Of a stretch of 64,000 bases of DNA, positions 11,920 through 25,400 are shown in pieces (the stretch's first letter is position 1; the number at the start of each line of letters is the position of its first letter). The notes under the pieces were generated by a model. The model had not been told where the DNA came from, ran no database searches, and was given only the letters and a program-made list of their open reading frames with translations. Location: contig JAPMXV010000024.1 in NCBI GenBank assembly GCA_026936335.1, forward strand, positions 68,303 through 132,302, in the 5' to 3' direction. Both the position numbers and the translations under genes were made by a program. This DNA comes from Mantamonas sphyraenae STR306 (taxonomy: Eukaryota; Protista; CRuMs).

Positions 11920-14900
11920 ATGGTGGGTAGTTGGAGTGTGTAGGACATGGAGTGCCCGCGGGGGAGGACGAGGATGGTGTCATGTTTGGGACTGACATTG
12001 TGGGGACAGAGTGGGAAGGCGACGTCGCGCAAGAGCCAGAGGTGAGTAGCCGTTGCGGCGGAGTGTTTGAAGCGACCACACGGCTGACACAGCAGACGGC
12101 TGGGATTGGAATGTGTGCGTATGGCTCGATTGGAAACGTTTACACATGCGAATGTGTGTGTGTGGGCTGGGGTATGAGTGTAGAAAGCGCAAGGACGTGT
12201 CGACGGACTTGACGGTGAATCAAGGCCGGCGACGAGGCAAAAGGGGCTCTGAACGGGGAGGGAGCAGCAGCGAAGCAGCCGCAGACAAAGCATTGGAAGA
12301 CCAGGTTGCATTGGAGGCCCAACGTATTCTGCGAGTGCACATTGCAGGGGTGCTCCAGCCTGTCGAGGTGGTCGTGGGTGAGTGATGATGCGCGCTGGAG
12401 GGGTGGGGAAGCGTGGAGAAGAGAGAGAGAAAGAGAGATGAAGGGAGGCACTGACACACAAAATGGGATGAATGGGTGGCGGATGGATGTGTGCTTGCAG
12501 AGGAAACCATCCAGGTTGCCGTGGAAGAAGAGAAGAAGGAGACACAGGTGAAAACGGCAGCCATGATGCAACTGGCGGGCGAGGGGAGTACGAGCAACAG
12601 TGGGGCAGGGAAGGACAGGCGAAGGAGCAACGTGGCAACGGCACGGGGAAGGACGAAACGAGGCACACGGACAGGCAAAGATGGCAGCAACAGCAACAAG
12701 GGAAGGAAGGAGAAGGAAAAGGAGAAGGAAAGGGAGAAGGAGAAGGAGAAGGAAGCGGGTGTGAAGATGGTGGACAAGGTGGTGAGTGTGCGCAAGCAGG
12801 TGTTGAAGCGTACCATGATGCATGCGCGTCTGTTCAACCAAAGCGAAACGAAACGGCTGGGGGGCGAGGAGGGAAGTGCGGAGGAGGCGTTTGAGGACGA
12901 GTTTGAGGTGAGGGTGGAGCGTGTGGACGACGCCTGGGTGCGACGGTGCTACGCGTGGCCGTATCTGGAGTTGGAGGTGTACGAGGTGTTGGAGGATGAG
13001 CATGGGAACGCAAGCGGGATGGAAAAGCGAGGCGTGTTGCCCGTGGACATTTCCCCTCTGCTCGGGTGGGACACCACAGTCACCGCCAGCTTCAGCAACC
13101 TCAACACAGAGTATCCCCCCGCACCCAACACAGTGGGTCACGTGCAGGTGACCGTGTCTGTGGACAAGCCGCTGCTGAGTGCAGAACAGCTGGACACCCT
13201 GCATCCGGTGGTGTTCCATCTGCGCGGCTGTGAGGACATGCCGGGCAATCCCGACGGGTTTGAGGCCCTGCGCAGCGAGTGTCAACCCGTGTGGGCCACC
13301 TACCGCTTCTTTGACCAGCCGCCCGTGTATGTGCCCGGGGTGCCGCAGCAGACACACATCAGCTGGGAACATCGCCATCTGGTCTTTCTGGGTGGGTTGC
13401 CAAAGGCTCAGCTGCATGAATATCTGCTGGCACAGCCCATGACGGTGGAAATCCACGACAGGGAACGCAAGCACAGCCGTGCATTCCCCATGCCTTGGCC
13501 TCTGGGTGAGCGCGATCCCAGCGAACCGGAATTCCTGCAATACCTGCCTGCAGACGGGGATGAGGATGGGAATGGCGGTGGCAGTGGCAGTGGCGAAGAA
13601 GGCAGCATGTCGCGCAGTGGCAGCCGTGGCGACGGCGCAGGGGACGGACGCAAGTCGTCGCGTGCACGATCGCGTAGGTCGCGCACAGTGTCTTCTCGAG
13701 CGACGTCTCGAACGACATCGCGAAGGAGCAAGCGGAATGGAGCGGGTGCGTCATCGTCACAACCGGGGCCAACCGACGGAATGGAGGACGGGGTAGAGGG
13801 AGACGGAGGAGGAAGCAATGGGTTGGAGGACGGGGAGGAAGAGGTGAATGTGGTGAGGCGTGCTTGGATGGCAGACGAGTGCATGGATCCGTATGCAGAG
13901 GTGCCGATCTGGTTGAGCAACATGACGACGAACCAGAAGGACTTTGTGTGCGAAGGGACACTGGTGCCGTCGAGAAGGGCAGGTGCAGCGGGGGATATCA
14001 ACCAAAGCATCCCGGGAGGGTATCTGGAGGCATGCAGCAGTCTGACGATGCGTGTGGAGATGCACAAGCCTGTGGAATTGCCCAAGGCGGACCAGCTGGG
14101 CCCGCTGACACGATGCATCTACATTGTGGCGACGGAGGATCGTGCGACACAGTACCGTCTGCTGGATGCGATCTATGCGGTGAACGGGGCAGCATTGGAG
14201 ATTGCAGACGCGGATCCTGCGCTGTTGGCAGCGTACGAACTGGACGACGGGCAACGTGAGGACAGCAGCCTGGATGTGATCACAGGGGTGCAGGTGGCAG
14301 ACGACACACAAACCATGTTTCTTCTGGAAGGGTTGGCAGACGCAGGGATTGCGGCGGTGCAGGCGGCGGTGCCACGTGAAGTGCGTGGGAATCACGCCGG
14401 GTTGACCTTGCTTGCCAACTCACAGTTGCGATTCAATCGCAGGCTGTATGCAGACATGAACGTGGAGCTGCACAAGATCAAACTGGAACAGAGTGCGTCT
14501 GAGATGCTTGCGTCGTCGCGTGAGGTGTACCTGCGTCACAAGATGCCATCGTCTGTGTTTGACTGCCTGGTGGCACTGACGGAAATCCCCAAGCTGCGAC
14601 GCATGGACCAAGTGGTGCGTCGTCGTCTGTTGCCCACCTGTGACATGCTGGTGGACTTTGAGAAACGCTTCGGGATGCCGTTGGATGCGGAGGACGAATT
14701 CGCCACCATGAAGCACCCGTTGGCACGACCACGCACGGCTCGCTTCAGTGTGACCGACCACAAGCGACTGGACACCGCGGGGGGAGTGAGCAAGGAGGAG
14801 GAGGCAAGGATGAGGGAGGAGCGGGAGCGGGAGGCAGCGGAGCGGGGCAAGGGAGAGCTGCAGCAAGGCAGAGGTGGTGGTGGTGGTGGTGGTAGGAGCA

Positions 14901-16024
14901 AACAGCGCAAGAAGCAGGCGTTGGATCAGGAAGGGATCGATCTGAGCAAGACAGTGCGTGAGGAGAGGGATTACGTGGGGGAGAACATGACGATGGTGGC
15001 AGAGGCAAGCAAGGCCAACACACGACGCAGACAGAGGGAGGAGGAAGAGGGGACACAGGGAGGACGGGTGCGACGAGTGCGTGCAAGCGAGTTGGAGGAG
15101 ATGACGGGGTTGCGTCAGGTGGCATACTACAGCGGTCAGCGATTGAACGGGGTGCACCAACAGCAGGAGGTGCTGCGGAAGCGGATCGAGTCTGATCACA
15201 GTCATCATTACACATACGGGGCACTGTTGTCGAACAGCGTGGCACGTGGGGACATGGATGAATTGGAACGGATCGAGGAGATTGAGCGTCGGGATCGATG
15301 GCTGACGGCAGACGGGTTCCAGACGGCCAAGGCGAGGAGTGCGGCACAGGACAGGAAGCATGCCAAGGAGTTGGATGAGATGGTGAAGGAGGAACTGAGG
15401 CATCCGTGGCAGGAGGCACCGTCGTTGCATTCGACGTTCCGAGGGGAAGAGGGGAAGGGGGAGAAGGGGGAGAAGGGGATGATGCATGAGAAGGCGTGGA
15501 GCAACGCAACGATGCATTCGAGCAGCCACGGGTTCTCGGATGCCGAGTATTGGAAGAGTGTGCATGTGAACAGCGAGGAGATGGCCGAGATCATGGAGGC
15601 GGAGAAGCGGAAGGCAAAGGAGGAGTGGGAACGCAAGGTGGTGGTGAAGGACACCACGTTCCGTGTGCATTGGACGTCGCAGAACCGCAAAACAGCAATG
15701 GTGGATCGGAATGCCAACATCCTGCGTGGGGGACCCAGGTTGCCGTACTCGATGTTTGTGAACGAGGAGGCGCAGGAGAAGAGGGTGGAACGTACGGTGG
15801 ACAAGAGCCGGTTCATCACCCCGGATGGGTTCAAGACGTATGTCAAGGCGGAACGGACGTTGCCCCAGGACAAGGTGGTCACCAGGGTGCCCAAGAAGAT
15901 GTCGCAGGTGGAGTACGACAAGAACGATCTCTTTGTCATCAAAACACGGGCAGCTGGCCTCAGTGAGGTCAGCAGTGGTACCGACGTGCGCAAGAGCACG
16001 TGGGGAGGGTTTGTGGACGGGTGA
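11920..16024 (+). CDS. CFAP92/KIAA1257-like cilia-associated protein; main exon 12501-16024, small 5' exons inferred
   Basis: Motifs recalled from the CFAP92 family: VWATYRFFD, HLVFLG, VEIHDRE, DPY, PGGYLEA, LDVITG. Phase-compatible upstream exons: ATG 11920-11922, 12010-12041, 12184-12377. Family call from memory only. Confidence 0.62.
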
Positions 16025-16180
16025 ATGTGTGGGGGGACGGGAGAGGGAATGAATGAGAGGATGAGAAGATGATTGCTGTTGTTGGAAATGGAGGGAGGAT
16101 GATGAGTGGGAGGGGAAGGGGAAGGGTGGTGGTGGTGGTGGTGGTGGTGGTGGTGGAGGAGGAGGAGGAAGAGAAGGCGA

Positions 16181-17685
16181 TCAGCTGTGTTTGCCCAGCT
16201 CGATCTTCTTCTTCATGGTGCGCATGGTGGCATAGGTGGCGGAGTCGATCATTTGGGCAACGGTGTAGACGCCGCCAATGATGGCACAGACGCCGGTGAG
16301 GAAATGGCCGAGACTCTGGCTCTTTTCCTGGTAGGCAACCATGATGGGAGAGAGATCAAACATGAAGAAGACGCCTGGGAGGCCATGGCCGGACTGGCGA
16401 TTGAGGGGACGGAAGTGTTCGGTGACACTGAACTGGTTGGTGTTGATGGTGCGTCCGGAGAGACGTCGGTAGGTGGTGGGCACGATCTTGATGAAGTACT
16501 GGAACATGCCACCCTCACCCTCCTGGGGCTTGACGGTGCCGTCCAGAGGGTTCACCACGCCGGGAAAGTCCTCGCCAAAGGACAGCTTGTTGATGATGTG
16601 TGTCAAGTTGAACGACTTGACTTGGAAGGGAAGCAGGTCGTGGACGTGCATGTGATGCTGCTGGAAACTCTTGCCGGGGGCGAAATGGAAGTTGCCGGCC
16701 ACCTTGTTCACCTCCAGGTACCCGTAGATGTTGCATCCCTCTCCCTGCTGCTTCTTGATCTTTTCCGAAAAGCCCTCCTCCACACACTGCGTGGTGGGGA
16801 GTGGTGGGTGGGGTGTGCGGGAGGGGGGAGAGGGGGAGGGGGGGGCAGGAGTGAGCAAAGGGGGAAAAGCCGGAAAAGGTGCGTTGTGTGAGTGACGTGG
16901 CACAAACGGGGGCACAGGACGGTGGGATGGGGTTCATGGCAAGTGGGAGATGGTGGGAAATGTGCATGGGAGGGAGTGGATGGGTGGGGTTGCAATGGGT
17001 TGGGTGTGCGGCATGTGTGTGTCCTCCTACCTGCTGCATATTGGCGTGGTTTTCAAACGACCAGCCCTTCTTGCGGTACTGCTCCCGCACGCTGTCGCAG
17101 GTGTTGCAGCACTGGCCCTCGTGGTCCTCTGCACCGTAGCAGCTTCCACAGTAGTTGGCTGCACGTGTCTCACCAGTGACAGTGGGACCACCGAGCTCTG
17201 TGGAGGGAGGCGGGGGGGGAGGCGGGGGCTGGGGTGAGCGGAATGCGTTGCAGGAAACAAGAGGGGCCAAACAACCATGCCAAGAGAATGGATGGACACA
17301 GTGGCAACATACTGGTTTCCTTCTCCACCTCGTCGGGGATGGGTTCAAGGGTATTTTGGTCCACGCGTTTCTTGTAGATGTTGTGTACGACGTCGAGTTG
17401 GTGGCTGCCGGAGATGTCCATGGCGTCCAGGGAAAGGAAGGCACAGGCCATGTGGGGGAAGGTGACGTCGACGTTGATGCGCAGCTTTTGGTTGCGGCTG
17501 ACATCGACAGACAGTTTGTGGTCCACGCCTGTGGTGAGGTAGGCGGAGAGTTCGCTGAAGAAGAGAAAGAGGATGATGGTCGAGGCCAGGATGGAGATCA
17601 GGGCCCCCGACTTTGTCTGCACCACATAGTCCTCTGCCGTCTTGGGGAACACATCCCACTTGCGCATGGATTTCAGGAGGGACAT
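16181..17685 (-). CDS. ERGIC3: ER-Golgi intermediate compartment protein 3 (Erv46); exons 17685-17313, 17197-17031, 16786-16181
   Basis: WDVFPKT...QTKSG, INVDVTFPHMAC...LDAMDISG, YCGSCYGA...CCNTC, EGCNIYGYLEVNKVAGNFHFAPG, LPGVFFMFDLSPI, C-terminal GKHS. Phase-compatible GT-AG introns. Confidence 0.95.
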
Positions 17686-17855
17686 TGGGGGATAAGCAAC
17701 AAGGGGATTGTATGTGCTGGTGGCATCGGCGCATGCGTGCTCCGAGAGAGAGAGAGAGAGAGAGAAGAGAGAAAAAAGGGAACGGTTTGCCGTTCTTGGG
17801 TTGATGGTGATGATGATGGTGATGATGGTGATGGTGATGGTGATGGTGTGCATCA

Positions 17856-19892
17856 TCATGCTGTGGTGTGGCTACGATGGGAGCGGAAACGCAGGCCTGC
17901 GGGGCTGGAAGCACTGGCGGGGCCCGAGGCATCGTCGTGGGCCTTTCCCGAGAGTGAAGGGAATGGGGTGTTGGAGTTGGAGGAGGAGGAGGAGGAGGAG
18001 GAGGAGTCACCCTCATTGCGTGGTAACCCACGAGGGTTGAACACAGAGCGGGTGAGGTGAGCAGAGTCGTGAAGGAGGGATGATGATGATGATGATGATG
18101 ATGGTGTGGTGGTGTGCATGCCCATGGAACGGAGTAGCTTGTTGGCAAACAGCTTCTGTTGGGCCTGGACATACTTCTGGGAGGGACGCACATGCTTCAT
18201 GTAGCCGTCAAACTCGGTGACCTTGAGGCGGGCCTTGTCGGCAATGGCATGACGCACACGGTCGGCAAACTGTACAGCCGACTCTTCGGGCTCACGGTCC
18301 ATGGGGGACAGGTAGTAGACGTCACAGACAACCGCCCATCCTGTCATCAGGTGGAAGAGGTGGTCCAGGAAACTCTGCTCGCGGCTGTTCCAGAAGGCAT
18401 CCGCAAAGATCTTGTTGTACTTGATGGCAATCGGGTACACGCGGGCACCCAGGTCAAAGGCACCCTTTTTGAATTGGACCACGTATTCGTTGTTGACACA
18501 CGTGCCCTCAGGGAAGATCAGCAGCGGGTTGTTTGTTTCATCCCCAATGTGCGTGGTGATGGCAGTGTGCACCGCCTTCCTGTCCCTGCGTGCATACCGG
18601 TCGAACCACAGGCAACCCAGGCACTTGAGAATGTGGTTTTGGAAGAATCCTATGGGGTGGGGGTGGGAGGAGGGGGGGAGGGGGAGGGGAGGGTTGGTGT
18701 TGGGGAAAGTGGGTGCGGGGGGGAGATGGGGGAAGGAGAGGGGGGTAGGGGCTTACCGACGAGACCAACATGCTCCTGACCCACAACAGCAAAGGTGTTG
18801 ACAGAAAAGAGGACAATGACGTCGATGAGAGAGGTGTGGTTGGCAACAAAGACCTGGTTGGGGCGGCGACGAGGACGCGCTCCGTGGTACTTGATCACCC
18901 CTGACCAGGAGACCACAAACGAGGTGGCCAGCATCTGGATGCAGAAGCGTTGGTAGGATTCACGAACCTTGACATCACGGATAAAGGTGGTGACCAGGAG
19001 GAAGGCAAAGAGGGAGAGGAAGGCGCCCAGAATGAGGGCAACCAAGCTGGAGGGGAAAGGGGCGGAAGGGAAGGGTGAGAGAGGAGGACAAGGGGAGGTG
19101 GGGGGGGGGGTTGGGAATGGGGGATGGGGATGGGGATGGAGGCACACATACACACACACACACATGTTGGTTGTGTGGGCATGTGGGGTGGGTGGACGTA
19201 CCGAAGGGGAAAGAGAATGAAGTAGCGGGTGATGACGCCCATGAACCACGCTGGCATCAGGTAGGCGTTGAAGTTCCAGCGGTCACGCTTGTGGCTCTCA
19301 AAGCATTTGGAAAAGTCGTCCTGGTGAGGGTGGGAACAGGGCATGCGGGAGAGAGGGAGAGAGAGGGGGGAGAGAGGGGGGGAGAGTGAGGGTGATGAAG
19401 ATGGAGGTGTCCAGGAAAAAGAGGGAAACTCAAGGGTTGGTGGAGGGGCACCGGTGGCGGAGAACAGAGTGGGCACGGTGGGCAGCAATCAAAACCATGT
19501 GGTGCTTACCTGGGCAATCTTGGAGATGGCTTCGCGCATGAGGTAGAGGCCGTCGCTGGAGAGGTCAAAGCTGAAAGGGGCGAGGATGTGGGAATGAGCC
19601 AAACCAGGAACTTGCTTGCGTTTTGGGAAGGGGAGGCGATGGACACGGCACAGACTTACACGTCGGTGGACGAGGTCTCGCGTACGAGTTTGCTGAGCCG
19701 ATGCTTCTCGTAGTGGCGTTGGATGGCGTCGAGGTCGGCTTCGCTGGCATGGCCAATTTGGAAGTCGCCCAGATCGTGTTCGTGGTTGCTATCGCCACCA
19801 CTGGAGACAGAGGAGCCACGGGAACGGGCTCGTTGCCTTGGTTCGTCCTCACTGGAGGCAGGGGTGCCCAGGGGGGAGGTGTCGTCCGACAT
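17856..19892 (-). CDS. Glycerol-3-phosphate acyltransferase, GPAT3/4 (plant GPAT9) type, multi-exon
   Basis: DDFSKCF...WNFNAYL, VANHTSLID, LIFPEGTCVNN, FKKGAF, YPIAIKY, DAFWNS motifs spread over exons separated by C-rich introns. Confidence 0.92.
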
Positions 19893-20196
19893 TAGGGCAG
19901 GTTTGGCTTGGGTGAGACGGTGGAGGGATGAGAGAGACCAGGAGACTTTGGGTGAGGGTCGGGGGGGGGGGGGGTTGGTTGGGTTGGGTTGGGGGGAGGG
20001 GCTTGGGTGGGTCGGGTGGATATGCGGGGGTTGGGTTGGGGTAGGGTGGGGTGCGGTGGGGTGGGTTGGGTGGAGGAGAGATGTGAAGTGGGAGTTGGGC
20101 TAGGAATTTTGATTCATACGGAAATCACGGAATGACGACTGTGGATGGCATTTCAGCGTGAATCAAAATTTGAGAACGGAAATTCTCCGGATGCAC

Positions 20197-20240
20197 TGGG
20201 CGGCGATATCACATGCGAACAGCAGGGTCAGAGCAAGCAT
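20197..20240 (-). pseudogene. 5' stub (signal-peptide codons) of the EGF membrane protein gene
   Basis: MLALTLLFACDIAAQ versus MLALTLLFACDVAAQ in the full copies, then unrelated sequence and an early stop. Confidence 0.8.
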
Positions 20241-20249
20241 TGTGATGCA

Positions 20250-20704
20250 AAGGTTGGTGGACGTGTGCCTCTCCAGGATCGGGGGCGTGATGTGGTTCCA
20301 GCGCGGCATGTGTGCTTGCCTGCAATTTCGGTGGCGCACGTGGTGGACAGATCGGTGGTGGTGGTGGCGATGGGGAGATGGGTGGGAATGCGTGTGTTGG
20401 TGGATGGCTGATGTGTGGTATTTTCGCGGAAGAGTGGTGGGGGGAAACTCGGAACGGTGTCGGGTGCAGAACTCGGAACTCGGAACACAGGGCAGTTGGG
20501 GTTCAAAAGGCGCACTCACGCGCACTCACCCAACTTGTCATCACAAAAACACACACACTCGGATAACCCAAGAGGACGAGTAACGATACAACACAACGAC
20601 TGCGAATACAGACAGCAGCAAGTGAAAGTGAGAAACAAGTGAAAGCGAAAGCGAGCAAACGAAACGAAATCAAGCAAACCCAAAACAACCAAAAACGCAA
20701 CTCG
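20250..20704. promoter_or_regulatory. Probable bidirectional promoter between EGF-membrane and NBR1-like genes (recurs at ~26270-26730 and ~32310-32762)
   Basis: Short spacer between divergent ATGs with four ACTCGGA motifs. Confidence 0.5.
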
Positions 20705-21129
20705 ATGACGATGAGCAAGAGTGGAAACAACACCAACGAGACGACGATGACAAAGAACAGCAGCAGCAGCAGCAACAGCGACGTGAAGACCATGGTGTCT
20801 GTAAAGGCAACTGTGGGAGCGGAGACACGGCGCTTCGGGGTGTGGAGCGAGAGGCTGTGCGAGGAAGGAGGACTGGATGGACTGGTGCAGCAGATTGCAG
20901 AAGTGTTTGGGAAGAAGGAGGAGAGGATGAGCCGAATGGTGATGTCGTACGCAGACGAAGACGGAGACTGGGTGCGTATGAGCAGCGAGAAGGAGCTGGG
21001 ACACGCGGTGGAACTGTGTGTGATGCAGAGCAAGCAGAGCGGGCGTGAGCCTGGGGTTCTGCGGGTGAAGCTGATGACACGAGTTGCAGCACGACGAGCA
21101 GCCAAGGCAGCCGAGGAGTCGATGATGCC

Positions 21130-21165
<36 letters not shown>

Positions 21166-22243
21166 GAAGAGTGGCAAGAAGAGTGGCAAGACCACAAAGA
21201 AGCAGAAGACGACGAGCAAGACAGGGACAAAGAAGGGCGGTGTGAAGAGCAAGAAGATGGGAAAGGAAGTGGAGGAGGAAGTGGAGGAGGAAGCGGCTGT
21301 GGTTGGAGCAGGAGACCTTTCAGAGAGCGTGCAGGAACGGCTGGGAAAGCTGGAAGCTGTGGATGTGGAGCGTGTGCTTGGACACATGCCACGACGCAAA
21401 GTGCCTGGACATGTGCTGGACAAGATTGCCATGGCTCGGATGGACAAGTTGGAGGCTGGAGAACTGCTGACGTATGAAGCGAAGCAGCAGGAGCAGGAAC
21501 AGGAGGAGGAGGAGCAGCATGAATGTCATGGCCATGGACGTCGTGGTGGTGGTCATCGCGGTGGTCATCGTGGTGGTCATCGAGGTTGCCATCTGCATCG
21601 CCATCACGGACATCATCACGGACATCATCACGGTGGACGACATGGGGAACGAGGACAGAGTCGACACAAGGCTCGGTTTGTGAGCCATGTGAGCTATGGG
21701 ACGGATGCTCGGGTGCAGTGTGGACGCAAGTTTACAAAGACGTGGCGTCTGCGGAACGAGAGCGAAGAAGCATGGCCTGCGGGAGCGCAGGTGGTGTTTG
21801 TGAGCAAGAAGAACGGAGACGCAATGGGAGCAAGCGAGGCTGTGCCTGTGGATGTGGTGGCTGAGGCAGGAGAAGAGGTGGACGTGAGTGTGGAGATGGA
21901 AGCACCTGAGGCAGCTGGAAGCTACAGCGGGTTCTGGAGGATGGCAGATGGGGAAGGGAAGAAGTTTGGACAACGATTCCGATGCCAGATTGTGGCAGTG
22001 GAGGAAGAGGTGGAGGAAGAGGTGGAGGATGAGGATGAGGAAGAGGAGGATGAGAGCAGCGGAAGCAGCAGCTCTTCTTCGTCTGAGAGCGAGTCTGAGT
22101 CTGAGATGGACTCTGAGAAGGAGTGGGAGAGCGAGCTGGCGACACTTGCGCTGGTGGGTCTGACGGATCGAAAGGCATGTGTGGACGCACTGGAAGCATG
22201 TGAGGGAGATCTGCAGGCAGTGATCCAGTCGCTGCGTGGATAG
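20705..22243 (+). CDS. NBR1-like selective autophagy receptor, copy 1 (PB1 - His/Gly-rich - FW domain - acidic - UBA)
   Basis: PB1: VSVKATVG..RRF...YADEDGDW. FW/NBR1 domain: ARFVSHV...FTKTWRLRN..AWP...VSVEMEAP..GSYSGFWRM...KFGQR. UBA-like: LATLALVGL.DRKACVDALEACEGDLQAVIQSL. Confidence 0.88.
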
Positions 22244-22451
22244 GCTGAAGAGAGAGTGTACAGGGATTGAGAATGAATCGCAAAGGACGAACCCGGGGAG
22301 GTTGAGACTCCTCCCCACACAACCAACAACAACAAACAACAACAACAACACAACAAGGTTGATTGCATTTGAGAGCGTCTTGAACAGAGTGGAGAGTGGG
22401 AAGTGGAGGAGGAGGAGAGGAAGTAGAGCTGAGTGTGTTGGCCAGGTCGTT

Positions 22452-25400
22452 TCATTGCAGATCCGAGACGGTGTCCACAAAGAAGGCTGGGATGAGTGCG
22501 ACAAAGGCAAGGACCAGAGTGAACAGGGAAAAGTCAAACACAAAGGCCACCGTGAAAATCATGTTGAAGAGGTTGGAGAAGAACTTGACGGCACGTGCAC
22601 CGCGGCCTGTCTTGAGTTCAAGCATAGCATGGCCCTGGGCGTCTTGTGCCAGGTCCAGGACGGGTGGGTTGTTGAGCACCTCGACAAACTTGCCTGCGAT
22701 AAGTGTGGGACCGGGGGCAATCATAAAGATGAGCGCACTGCTACGCCCAACATTGGCAATGACGGCCTCCTGTTGGGAATCGACATCCCACTTGTCGTCG
22801 TCGTACTTGCGGGATCGAGGCAGGATGCTAAACGCCTTGACCATGTACGAGTTCCACAGGCCCACAGCAAGCATGAGCAGGCGGAACACACCAAAGAGCA
22901 CTTTGACCACGATGACGTGAGGGATGAGCTGGATGAGTGCACGACCCAGTCGCACGGCAGCAGATGGGTTCTTCTGCGCCTGCTCCTCGGTTTGTTCACA
23001 GGTGATGGTTCCCATGGCCTTGTGCACCAGCGGATCATAGCCCGTAAACATCTCCCAGTGGGCGTAGATAAAGAGGGACAGCACCACGAGGGTAAACACA
23101 AAGCCAAAGTTGCGTGCCTCCAAGTCGGTGGCCCCACAGTTGCGTCCGCCTCCGAGACCCAGGCTCAAGTCGCCAATGGTGACAATGATGACCTGGGAGA
23201 CGTAAAACACGGCAGCAGTGGCCAGATTGGCCACCAGAGTTGCAAAGGCCTTGCCCTTGGCTGTGGTCTGGCGCTTCTTCAGGCTCTTGAAGTACATGGA
23301 GAGCAGGAGGAGGAACTCGCGCTTGAGCATGAGACGCAGGAACAGGGCACCCATGAGGACCAGGATGGGGGCAATGAGAGTGGCAAATCCGTTGCAGTTC
23401 CACTCTGTGGACACCAGCGTAAAGTCGATGGAACGCAGAAAGGTGATGAACAGCCGCACGAGTTCGCCAAACCCACCCAGGGCCAGCTCGATGGAGGGGT
23501 ACACCAGCTCAAAGTCATAATCAGGCAGAAACTTGCTCAAGGAGGTTGCCATCAGCGATACGTTGAAGATGGTCTTGACGACACCCGCAAAGAGGGTGAT
23601 CAGGTTGATGATCACGATGAAAATGACACTGCCGATGCTCAGGTGATGGCAGGATCCGTCGTCCTGCCCCGTGTGTGCATACGGTGAGGATGATGACGAT
23701 GATGACGAGGTTGGCAGTTGGGTTTGGATCTGACTCATTTCGACGGAATCCCCGCCCGCGGAGGCCATCTCGGCAGCAGCAGCCTTGGCAGCCTCGTGTT
23801 GCTGCTTGGCCATGGCAGCCTCTTCGCGAGCCTGCTTCTCCAGGGCCAGGTTGTGCATGTTGACACCAGAGACCTGCATGTCACGCAGGATGTGGTATTC
23901 CACGAATCGGAAGCCCGAGTCGAAAAAGTGCTCGATGGCATGGTAGTGGCGCACGGGGTCCATCTTGCCACCAATCGCCGCTCCAATAAACACATAGGCC
24001 ACAAAGACACATGCCACAATGATAAACACAGTGGGCACGGTGGATTCGTTGGGGTCGGCAATCTCCACCCGGACCTGGAAGCGACGCTGTTGAGTCGACG
24101 TGGTGACCCGTCCGCTGTTGCCATACCTTCCCGTGATGCCCACGGATACGTAGAGGCGCATGTTGTCTGAAGAGGCAGGCATGCTCTTGGGGTCGACCTT
24201 GAGGGTGGTGTTGCCCACCAGAGGGCCTCGCACGGTGGCCACGCAATCGGTGCAGTTGAAGCCCTCGACCCACACCCATGGCATCAACAGGGGTCTGTGG
24301 TCCGGTTGAATCCGGGGAGGACTTCCCCACTTGGCCATCAGGACCACGTCACCCGCGAATGCACTTGGGCTCCGCGAGGAGCTCTCTGTGATGGCAGCCA
24401 GTTTGTCCTCTGCGTCGTAGGTCCAAAAGGCGGCCGCTGGGGCAGTGTGCACCCACAGACGCGAGTTGGAACGGGATCCCTGGATCCAAAAGGTGACGAG
24501 CTCGCTCTCGTTTGTGTGGAGGCCAAGGAAGGAGAAGCTGTTGTACAGCTCGCGCATGTCTTGTGTGCGATTGGCGTAGTGGCAGTTGATGCCACTGGTG
24601 CCTGGGTTGCAGACACAGACGCCAAGGTCGGAACACGTGCCCTTGCACTTGTCCATGCAGTTTGGAGAGCGTGTGACCTTGACCTCGACGGGACAGGACA
24701 TGTCCAAACCCGACGATGGGGTGCTGATCTTCAGAAGCTCGGTGACCTGATTGCGTCGGTACAGGTACAGGCATTCTTCCACGTACCGCGGCCTGCGGAA
24801 TGCGTTGTAGAGTTGGTTGAGGGTAACGGTGCGTGGCACACCGGGGACCACATCGTCGAAAGTGTAGCTGTCACGCCGTTTCATGTCGTTGCCACACATC
24901 ATCTCGTACTGGACGTCGATGGAATCGCGGCATTCGTACTGGGAGAGACGATTGAGTTGCACAGTCAGATAGTTGGTGGTGGCTGGCCCAGGGTGCTGAA
25001 TGTACACCGTTCGATTGACGTGTCCGACGGCATAGGTACGAGACACGCCCGAGAAGGGTTGCTCCTGATTCCGATGTTCACACACGGTGCCCAAGTAGCC
25101 GGGGTTGCAAGTGCACACGTAGTTGTAGGATGTGTCGTTGTGGATGACCAGTCCACGTCCGAAGCATGCAGGTCTGAGGCTGACAGAGAGTGTGGCGTTG
25201 CACGGGGTGTCGGGCGAGGTGTTGACCAAGGAGAAATCGACAGTGAGATCCGAGGCCGCGTCCTCAGCCAACACGTAAGAGCGACAACCACACGAGAAGG
25301 GTCTGTCCAGAAGCCAGTAGGAATACTCGTTGAACCCGGTGTAGCTGTGGGGCCATCGGTTGGCGCAGTAGCCCGCCTGGGTGTCGTTGTACGAGGTGCC

